A stretch of 46,885 bases of DNA from an uncultured bacterium (lineage in GTDB: Bacteria; CSSED10-310; CAZUFC01): assembly GCA_964619725.1 (NCBI GenBank), contig CAZUFC010000065.1:1-46885 (forward strand). Reading direction: 5' to 3'. Under the pieces are notes generated by a model. It was not told the origin of the DNA, did not search any database, and was given only the letters and a program-made list of their open reading frames with translations. How positions within the stretch are numbered: the stretch's first letter is position 1; each line of letters begins with the position of its first letter. Below are positions 38,373 through 46,885 of the stretch, piece by piece. The position numbers were made by a program, and so were the translations under genes.

Positions 38373-38963
38373 CTATTCAAAAGTAAAAGTCTCAATTATC
38401 TTTCGATAATCAGAAACGTTATCTTGAAACTCATCAAGCGGAGACACATAAAGAAAACCCACAGTCGCTTTACGGCCCTTGAACACAGCCGACAAACCCT
38501 TTCGTTCCACAGAAAAATCTTCCATTCCCGATATAAGCGTCTCACCACTGAACAATACCTGAAGAATCGGACCGCTTCCCTCCTCGCCGACAAGACGATC
38601 TATTTCTTCAATCTCCTTAAACTCAAGCTTCTTCAACATATTTCGATAAGCCTTCTCCACTCCGATACGATTAGAAAAAACCTTGCAGAATACCTGTCCG
38701 GCGCCTTCCCAATGATAATACTCTACATCAAACTTGCTCTTCTCAGGCTTGATCCAGTCAGCTCCAGGACGCACAAAAGAAAAATTACCCCCGGAATCCT
38801 TGTACCGGCGGTCAGAACCATCGCTGCCTCCTCTGAAATGCCCTTCCTTCTTCAGTCCGCCGCAGCACGAAAGGATTATCATCGATATGCATGCTGAATA
38901 CAAACAAACAGAATTTAATATATGTCGCTTCATCAATAACCGCTCCTTGCTCAGAGGCGACAC
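38373..38963 (-). CDS. Hypothetical (lipo)protein
   Basis: 196-aa ORF with a basic-hydrophobic N-terminus and lipobox-like IILSC. Likely alternative start 38933. Confidence 0.6.
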   Translation of the reverse strand: MSPLSKERLLMKRHILNSVCLYSACISMIILSCCGGLKKEGHFRGGSDGSDRRYKDSGGNFSFVRPGADWIKPEKSKFDVEYYHWEGAGQVFCKVFSNRIGVEKAYRNMLKKLEFKEIEEIDRLVGEEGSGPILQVLFSGETLISGMEDFSVERKGLSAVFKGRKATVGFLYVSPLDEFQDNVSDYRKIIETFTFE

Positions 38964-39255
38964 TATAACAACAGACTCAAATTTATGTCAATCCGACTTG
39001 AAAGTAAACAGAGGAAAACAGGAAAAAAACAAAAAAATATCGAAAACAACAAAAAAAATCATTTTTTTTCAGAAAATTACTTGAATTCAGCAAATTTTAA
39101 TGGTAATAAGCGCAAATTGGGGGCGTTAAAGGTTTCCAGGATAAAAACTAATGAATCCAAAGCAGATTGAATGCATCGATAAAAAGGGGGATGCGGAGGG
39201 AAGACGCGAAAACATGGATAAGGAAAAAAATTGAATCAGAAAAACGAAAAAAAAT

Positions 39256-39284
39256 TTGACTTTGGGATTACGAATTGTTATCCT
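39256..39284 (+). promoter_or_regulatory. Putative sigma70 promoter for rpoD
   Basis: TTGACT-N17-TATCCT with an extended -10 TG and an upstream A-tract. Confidence 0.6.
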
Positions 39285-39511
39285 AGAGTATTATGCTTAG
39301 ATTCAAGGCATGCAGCAAGTGAGGAAATTTTGATTGAACTGCACGAGGGACGGTTAATAATTTTCGAGACCAGCGGAAATGAGGGAAGCGATTGTTTGTA
39401 AGGAGCGGATACAAGGAGAGAGCGGGAACAGAGCAATGGTGGGAGGGACATTTCAGTTGGTATCGAGAAAAAATATAGAAAAAAACTTGGTAGGAGGAGG
39501 ATGCAATTAAG

Positions 39512-41254
39512 ATGGCATCTGAAGAAAAAAGCATGGAAATTCAGAATTTAATTTCCATAGGAAAAGCAAAGGGGTTTCTCACCTTCGAGGAATTGAACGA
39601 TTTTCTGCCTGCGGACATGGTGTCTGTTGAGCAAATTGATGAAGTGATGTCTCAGTTGGATGCTGCGGAGATCGATATTATCGATAACACGGGAAACGTA
39701 CCTCTCATGGGAAAGGCTTTTTTAAAGAAGCGTAAGGAAAAGCAGTCCGACAGTCATTCGGAGACGCAGGTGGACAAATCCGATGATCCATTGAGGATGT
39801 ATTTCAAGGAGATGGGTGCGGTTCCGTTGTTGTCTCGAGAGGGCGAAGTAGCGATAGCGAAGAAGATCGAAGAGGGCAAATTCGACATAATGCTGGCATT
39901 TTTAAATACGCCGAGGAGCTATAAGGAGTTTAGCGCTGCGATTGAGCGAGTGAAAGACGGAAAGAGCCGTTTAGAGGACTTGACGTCGCCCGCATTTGAT
40001 GAAACGGCTGAGGAGAAGAGCAGTATATTGCAGGAAGGTCCTGATGTCTTGCGAGAGATACAGGACAAGAGCATACTTTTATCGGAGCTAAGGCACAAGT
40101 TGGTTTTGAAGTCGACTCCGAAGAAGGAGCGAAGGTCGATCATAAAAGAGAAGAAGAAGGTTCGTCTGGAGATTTACGATTTATTGAGGCGATTAAGTTT
40201 ATCGGCGAAATTCATAAAGAGGTTGCATCAGAAGTTCAAGGGATACATGGAAGTGATGATGAAGAGCGAGGCGGAGCTGAGGCGTTGCGAGCGTGAAACG
40301 GGTCTGGGCGTGGCTGATTTGAGGAAACTGATACGGAAGGCCAAGAAGGATGGGAGCAGCTTATATCCAGTTCCGACGGAAAAGAAGCTGGGGAAGGACG
40401 ATTTATTATTATATGATCAGGTGATAAGAAGCGCGCGAAAGCGTATTCGAGAGGTAGAGAAGAAATCTGAGTTGAATTCGACGTCGTTGCGGAATGTAAT
40501 GCGGGCAGTAGCGAGGGGACGAAATAAGGAGAGAGAGGCGAAGCGTCAGTTGACGGAAGCGAATTTACGTTTAGTAGTGAGTATAGCGAAGAAATACACG
40601 AATCGTGGATTGCAGTTTGCGGACTTGATACAGGAAGGCAACGTGGGGTTGATGCGTGCGGTGGACAAGTTTGAATATCAGAGGGGTTACAAGTTTTCGA
40701 CGTACGCGACCTGGTGGATACGACAGGCGATAACCCGGGCGATAGCCGACCAGGGCAGAACGATCAGGATACCGGTTCACATGATAGAAACGATCAATAA
40801 GCTCATCCGCACTTCCAGACACCTCGTTCAGGAAAAAGGTACGGAGCCGACGTGTGAAGATATAGCAGAGCGAATGGACATGCCTGTGGAGAAGGTAAGA
40901 TTAGTGTTGAAGATGGCGCAGGAACCCATTTCCCTTGAGACGCCTATTGGAGAAGAAGAAGACAGTCAGCTCGGTGATTTTATTGAAGACAAGCATGCCG
41001 AATCGCCGTCAGAATCAGTTATCAATATGAATTTAAAGGAGCAGGTGCAGTCGATACTGGCTTCATTGACGCCGCGCGAAGAGAAAGTCCTGCGAATGCG
41101 TTTCGGAATCGGGGCTGGATATGAACATACGCTTGAAGAAGTAGGCGAATATTTTGCCGTAACGAGAGAGCGAATCAGGCAGATTGAAGCGAAAGCGCTC
41201 AAGAAACTAAGGCATCCGAGCAGGAGAGACAAACTGAAGAGCTTCTACTCATGA
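39512..41254 (+). CDS. rpoD: RNA polymerase primary sigma factor RpoD
   Basis: Region 1.1 ([14 protein letters not shown]), [62 protein letters not shown]. Confidence 0.97.
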   Translation: MASEEKSMEIQNLISIGKAKGFLTFEELNDFLPADMVSVEQIDEVMSQLDAAEIDIIDNTGNVPLMGKAFLKKRKEKQSDSHSETQVDKSDDPLRMYFKEMGAVPLLSREGEVAIAKKIEEGKFDIMLAFLNTPRSYKEFSAAIERVKDGKSRLEDLTSPAFDETAEEKSSILQEGPDVLREIQDKSILLSELRHKLVLKSTPKKERRSIIKEKKKVRLEIYDLLRRLSLSAKFIKRLHQKFKGYMEVMMKSEAELRRCERETGLGVADLRKLIRKAKKDGSSLYPVPTEKKLGKDDLLLYDQVIRSARKRIREVEKKSELNSTSLRNVMRAVARGRNKEREAKRQLTEANLRLVVSIAKKYTNRGLQFADLIQEGNVGLMRAVDKFEYQRGYKFSTYATWWIRQAITRAIADQGRTIRIPVHMIETINKLIRTSRHLVQEKGTEPTCEDIAERMDMPVEKVRLVLKMAQEPISLETPIGEEEDSQLGDFIEDKHAESPSESVINMNLKEQVQSILASLTPREEKVLRMRFGIGAGYEHTLEEVGEYFAVTRERIRQIEAKALKKLRHPSRRDKLKSFYS

Positions 41255-41293
41255 TGTACTGCAGATAGTCGGAACGATTGCAGTCAAAAGGAA

Positions 41294-43402
41294 TCACAAG
41301 CCGGTCTTCGGGCCGGCTTTTTTTTGTCCGATTTTGTCTAAATTACTCAGTATTTCCTCGTCTCCTGGTTTAACTTCCAGGGCTTTCCGCCACGCTTGTT
41401 CAGCCTGGGAATATCGGCCCTGTTGAGCATAAAGAATTCCCAGGTTCCGATAAACATTGAAATTATTGGGATTCAATGAATCCGCCTTTTTGTAATGTTT
41501 CTCGGCTGATTCAAGATTTCCCTGGAAATGCAGGGAAATGCCCAGGTTGAGTTGGGATTCGGGATTCTCGGGATTAAGTTCAACCGCTTTTCTGAAAGTC
41601 TGTTCTGCCTTATGGAATTTTTTGAGTCGCTGATATATTTCACCGAGCAGGAGATGAGCTGTTTCATGGCCGGGATTTATCTCCAGAACTGCAAGAAACT
41701 GTATTTCGGCTTCCTGGTATTTTTCATTAATCATTGCGGCCAAGGCATTCAGGAACATATTTGAGACGCTATGAGGGGCAATTTTCAGAGCCCTGGCGGT
41801 TTCTTCCAGCGCTCTGTCCGGATGGGAGTGGAAGAGTTGTTTGAGCGAATGCAGATTTCTGTTGCCGGGTTTGATCAATAAATATTCTGATTCGCGTATG
41901 AGCTGATTCCACTTTGATATTTTTCTGAGGTAGACGAGGGAGTTGTCGTCGAAATACACCAGCGCCCAATCATGTGATTGATCAAGCGTTGCGAGCAGAT
42001 TAACGGAATTATGATCGTCGCCGTAATTAAGAAGGCAGAGATTTATTTTGTAATGATTCAGGCGACTGAGTGCTTGCTCTTTTCCTTTCATTATTCGCGA
42101 GTAATCTTTCCTGATTTGGGGCGAATAAACCAGCAGTCTTCCGTCAATAAAAGGCTTTATATCGGGATATGCTTTAAATATCAGATAGCTGCCGAAGGCG
42201 AAGGTATTGAAGGCATGGGCATTTATATCGTTTTGAACCAGGAAATCGACCGATCCTGCAGGTAAGTTTTTTTGTAATATTTCCCAGCCTGGTTTTCTAA
42301 AGCCGCTTCTTCCCATAGGAACGCCGTAAACAAGAATCAGTGAGGCAAGAATAAGGGGCGGCAACGCAGCAAACAGGGGCGATGTCATAAAGACCTTTAA
42401 TTTTTCGGGAAGTCGCAGTTCCTGTTTGAAAAATTTGCCGACGAAGGGAAATGTCAGGATAGCGAAAATCGGTATGTTGCGATTAGCCGTTATAGCCAGG
42501 GGAAGAAGCACGAGGGTGATGATACCCAGTTCGGGCCTGTCGGATTTTTTTCCTTTCAGCATGGCAACGAAAACAAGCGTTACGTGAATGACGAAAGCCG
42601 CCTGAAACGCGGCGCCTGAGTATACTGAAGCATAAAAGGGCTGCAGCTCTGAGATGTCGTTTTGCATGAAATGAGCTTTTGATAATTTAATCGGATACAG
42701 GAGTGCGTGATGGAGATTCGGATTAATGAGAGCAACTAGGGGAAGTAATACGAGGAGTTTCAGGCATATTTTTTCGTCTTTTTGAGAAGAGAATTTATTT
42801 TTGATGAATAAGGATAAGGTGAAAACGAACGCTGTAAAAATGCCGAAAATGAAACCGGAATGTATATTGGCCCAGATTAATTGAATGAAGAGCAGGAGCA
42901 GGGGAGCATATCTGTATTTGTACATTTTTTTGAAAAAGAAGAGGGTATAAAAAGACAAAAAGAGCCAGGTGAAGATGTGAGGTCTGACGAAAGCACGAAA
43001 GGTTATGAGGAAGGCGACCGGCAGGAAGGGCAGGGCGATGGCGGAGAAGTCCCAGGCATTCTTTTTTTCAGTGCAGGTCCGCAACAGGATGACCGAAGCG
43101 GTCATAACGACCAGGGCTTTGAACCAGATCAGGCCGGAAATGCCGGTGAATTTATGGATCAGGAAAAACAGGATTTCCGATGCCCATTCATGGGTTATCC
43201 ATTGATTTCCCTCTGCGGTAAAAGAGAATACATCGGCACGGGGGACGGTTCCTGTTTCAAGTATCAGTTTGCCGGTTCTAAGATGCCACCAGATGTCGAA
43301 GTTAAGCAGATCGAACAGGGAAAGAATCAGGACGAGAGCGAGAAGGGAAAGGAATGGGATTAAAGTGAGAATCCGGGACTTGATTATTTGGGCTGTATTC
43401 AT
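41294..43402 (-). CDS. Multi-TM GT-C-like membrane protein with C-terminal TPRs
   Basis: DIWWHL..G, W..HEW, RPH, WANIHSG, INP and FIDGR motifs. About 11 TM segments and about 5 TPRs. ATGA overlap with the upstream gene. Confidence 0.75.
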   Translation of the reverse strand: MNTAQIIKSRILTLIPFLSLLALVLILSLFDLLNFDIWWHLRTGKLILETGTVPRADVFSFTAEGNQWITHEWASEILFFLIHKFTGISGLIWFKALVVMTASVILLRTCTEKKNAWDFSAIALPFLPVAFLITFRAFVRPHIFTWLFLSFYTLFFFKKMYKYRYAPLLLLFIQLIWANIHSGFIFGIFTAFVFTLSLFIKNKFSSQKDEKICLKLLVLLPLVALINPNLHHALLYPIKLSKAHFMQNDISELQPFYASVYSGAAFQAAFVIHVTLVFVAMLKGKKSDRPELGIITLVLLPLAITANRNIPIFAILTFPFVGKFFKQELRLPEKLKVFMTSPLFAALPPLILASLILVYGVPMGRSGFRKPGWEILQKNLPAGSVDFLVQNDINAHAFNTFAFGSYLIFKAYPDIKPFIDGRLLVYSPQIRKDYSRIMKGKEQALSRLNHYKINLCLLNYGDDHNSVNLLATLDQSHDWALVYFDDNSLVYLRKISKWNQLIRESEYLLIKPGNRNLHSLKQLFHSHPDRALEETARALKIAPHSVSNMFLNALAAMINEKYQEAEIQFLAVLEINPGHETAHLLLGEIYQRLKKFHKAEQTFRKAVELNPENPESQLNLGISLHFQGNLESAEKHYKKADSLNPNNFNVYRNLGILYAQQGRYSQAEQAWRKALEVKPGDEEILSNLDKIGQKKAGPKTGL
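41298..41325 (+). terminator. Intrinsic terminator of rpoD
   Basis: GCCGGTC-TTCG-GGCCGGC followed by T8. Lies within the last codons of the convergent gene. Confidence 0.8.
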
Positions 43403-44949
43403 TGTTTATGCTTCTGATCATCCGCTGCGGCGATTCTTAAAAGTCCTGCGAGCCGAATAGAGGAGACAATAAGGCCAAGCAGCAGAAAACAAAAAGAAGC
43501 GGTAATCGGTAACAGGGGAATTCCCAGGCGCAACAGGTGAAAAAACCAGAAATCCGGAACGCCGCGCAGGTTTACGAACTCATAGTTCAACAGCCTGAGT
43601 TTTATTTCTTCAGGAAAAGGGTCCGGTAGGGGGAGCGTTTCTGCGGATAGTTCCAATAATCTCTTGAAATGTCCCGGAATGGGGTTAAAAAAGAAATTAT
43701 AATTTTTCCTGAGAGGATCATAATATTCTGTTTCATGGTCTTGAATGAAGGCGGCGAAGTTAACGGCGGCGCCCAGGAACTGGATGGCGACGCCGGCGAT
43801 AATCAGGAGAATGACAAAGGCGCCGGTGAATTTTTTCGGCGCTGATTTCAATCTGTAAAATGCTGGAACGGCCAGGAGGGGAATAACGGGGATCAGCAGC
43901 CGGGGCCCCCAGGAATACCCTCCTTCGGGTCTGCACCATTGAGCGTATGTCAGAAGATAAAGGAGCGCTGAAAGAAGGATCAAACCTGTCAGGTTTCGAT
44001 ACCGGCGGAACATCGGTCGAATGCCTATGAAAAAAGCGAGCAGAAGGGGATTGAACAGAAAAAGGCTTTTACCGGGAGAAAAAAGCAGGACTGCCAGTCC
44101 GTAGCTCAATGGAGTCGTGAAGGCTCTGGGATTTCCATCGGGTAGTTTATCATAGCCTGTTTCGAGGAAATGACCGAAACGGTGGAAATTGTAATAGAAG
44201 ACGCCGAGAATACAGATAATTACAGGAAGGGACCATAGGAAAAGGGGGTATAAGAGGGATGAATTTTTGTGTTTTTTCAGGGAAAGAAGCAGGAAAAGGA
44301 AGAGGGGAGGAAGAATGATGCCGGCGGGGATTCTGACGAGCAGGAGGTAGCCTGCAGCGCAGCCTGACAACGCCAAGTATCCTAATTTATTCGATTGTTG
44401 AAACTTGAAAATGCAATAGACGGACACCAGGGTCAAAAGCGCTGTCAGGGGTTCTGAATACCAGAATTTGGAATATGGCCATAGGAGAGTGGAAGAGATA
44501 AGCGCGATAGAAAAAAGGGCGGCTGACTTAATATTGAATTCCAGGATTATGAGGAAATGGAAAAAGAGAAGGGCAATCAGCGCTGTGATGAGAGGATTGA
44601 AGAGACTGACGGACAGGGACAGGGGCAGGGGATTATGAAAAAGCCGGGAGAGCGATTTACCCAGCATAACGAAAGGGGCGAGCAATATGGGCTGTCCGAT
44701 GCCGAATGGCGTATACCATTTGTGGTCGATGCCTTCTTTGCCGCCGAGAGTATTGGGATTTCGCGGCACATCGAAAGCGAAGCGTTCGGCGAATGATTTC
44801 GCTGTCAGGAACAGGGATGCGCCGTCGTTGCCGTATACGTGTCCGCTCGAAGTGAGGACAAGAAAAATATAAATCGATAGAAAAAGGAGGAGGGATATTT
44901 TGAAAAGGGGAACCGTTCGGCGTTTTGCCGTTGCAGGGTCAATGGCCAT
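43399..44949 (-). CDS. GT-C (PMT/ArnT-like) phospholipid-carrier-dependent glycosyltransferase
   Basis: Asp in the first external loop (GNDG), WPYSK...SEP, YNFHRFG.F.ETGY, SPGKSLFLFNP, WGPRLLIP. Multi-TM. Confidence 0.75.
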   Translation of the reverse strand: MAIDPATAKRRTVPLFKISLLLFLSIYIFLVLTSSGHVYGNDGASLFLTAKSFAERFAFDVPRNPNTLGGKEGIDHKWYTPFGIGQPILLAPFVMLGKSLSRLFHNPLPLSLSVSLFNPLITALIALLFFHFLIILEFNIKSAALFSIALISSTLLWPYSKFWYSEPLTALLTLVSVYCIFKFQQSNKLGYLALSGCAAGYLLLVRIPAGIILPPLFLFLLLSLKKHKNSSLLYPLFLWSLPVIICILGVFYYNFHRFGHFLETGYDKLPDGNPRAFTTPLSYGLAVLLFSPGKSLFLFNPLLLAFFIGIRPMFRRYRNLTGLILLSALLYLLTYAQWCRPEGGYSWGPRLLIPVIPLLAVPAFYRLKSAPKKFTGAFVILLIIAGVAIQFLGAAVNFAAFIQDHETEYYDPLRKNYNFFFNPIPGHFKRLLELSAETLPLPDPFPEEIKLRLLNYEFVNLRGVPDFWFFHLLRLGIPLLPITASFCFLLLGLIVSSIRLAGLLRIAAADDQKHKQ

Positions 44950-44967
44950 TCCGTCGTCCCGGGACGC

Positions 44968-45699
44968 TCATTTTCTTATATGAAGGGACAAAAGAATCAG
45001 GGGTTTTAAAATACGCCACCAATCGACAAAGGGTTTCATTTTCGTAAATCCCTGTCTGTTAAGGGGATATCGCTTGGTGACCGGGGCTTCTTTAAATTTG
45101 CATCCGAGCTTCAATGTCTTATAGAGAAGGTACGGTTCGAGTTCATAAGTATCAAGCCAATTCTGATTCAGGTTGATCCCGGGATGTTTGCAAAGAGAGA
45201 GTTTAAAAGCGCGGAAACCGTTAGTTCCGTCAGTGACGGGTTTTGAGGTCAGGAGCTTCATGAGCAGGGAATAAAACCGCGTTGTCAGTTTACGGAATAA
45301 GGTAATATTGACGACTTCTCCTCCTTTGAGGTATCGCGAACCTTGAATGAAATCATAGTTATCGTTGATGATGGGGTCGATGAGTCGCGGTATTTGATCG
45401 GGGTTATCCTGGTCGTCCCCGCCCATAATGACGGCGATATCATAGCCCAGCGCTTGAGCTTCGTCCAGGCCCGTTCGTATCGCCGAACCCACGCCGGTGT
45501 TTTTTGTATGACTGATGACGTGCGCGCCCTCTTTTATCGCTTCATCACGCGTGTTGTCTTCTGATGCATCGTCTACGACAATGATTTTAGAAACGCGAGC
45601 ACGCGGAATTTTGGAAACGACCTTTCCGATTTTTCCTTCTTCATTATAAGCGGGAATAACCGCTGCTGCTTTCATGGGCATCGACCTCTCTCCATTCAT
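44968..45699 (-). CDS. GT2 polyprenyl-phosphate glycosyltransferase (DPM1-like)
   Basis: VIPAYNEE, VVDDASEDNT, N.GVG.AIRTG, GSRYLKGG, TDGTNGFRAF. Likely start is 45681 or 45675. Confidence 0.88.
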   Translation of the reverse strand: MNGERSMPMKAAAVIPAYNEEGKIGKVVSKIPRARVSKIIVVDDASEDNTRDEAIKEGAHVISHTKNTGVGSAIRTGLDEAQALGYDIAVIMGGDDQDNPDQIPRLIDPIINDNYDFIQGSRYLKGGEVVNITLFRKLTTRFYSLLMKLLTSKPVTDGTNGFRAFKLSLCKHPGINLNQNWLDTYELEPYLLYKTLKLGCKFKEAPVTKRYPLNRQGFTKMKPFVDWWRILKPLILLSLHIRK

Positions 45700-45797
45700 G
45701 AACTCAGACCGTAATTCCTCCTGTTTTCGAACAGGCCGAAGCAGGGCGGCCGAACATTCAGACTATTTTAATTTGCTGCCTTAGTATCGTTATCGCT

Positions 45798-46885
<1,088 letters not shown>

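Noticed and set aside
38331..38897. 188-aa plus-strand ORF
   Set aside because: It is antisense to the more protein-like lipoprotein ORF and has an atypical composition.

Overview
A 46.9-kb, mostly housekeeping, bacterial chromosomal window. Gene content is consistent with an anaerobic, diderm-like lineage, but taxonomy cannot be fixed from the sequence alone. Core genes: ffh-rpsP-khpA-rimM-trmD (TrmD fused to a second SPOUT domain, no rplS after it), thrC plus an ApgM-family enzyme, rpoD, lepB, a site-2 protease, a DnaJ-domain protein and a partial GltD/SudA/NfnB-type oxidoreductase. Envelope and secretome genes: an 11-repeat beta-sandwich surface protein, an S8 protease with a Pro/Thr linker, three GT-C-fold membrane glycosyltransferases (two with TPRs, one of these TMTC-like), a GT2 enzyme, a TPR Ser/Thr kinase and a hydrolase-acyltransferase fusion. 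A coupled minus-strand run encodes a small basic ArfA/BrfA-like peptide, a GNAT, two ArsA/Get3 ATPases and a non-canonical MurC paralogue. There is also a methyltransferase-nuclease pair and an orphan N6-methyltransferase. The least explained signals are non-coding: (i) a dispersed ~150-190-bp MITE-like family with variable (CGATNN)n arrays, occurring as divergent pairs, one of which brackets the R-M cassette; (ii) two related palindromic mini-elements; (iii) a candidate structured RNA at ~143-262. I found no tRNA, rRNA, CRISPR array or transposase gene. All family assignments come from motif reading, not database searches.
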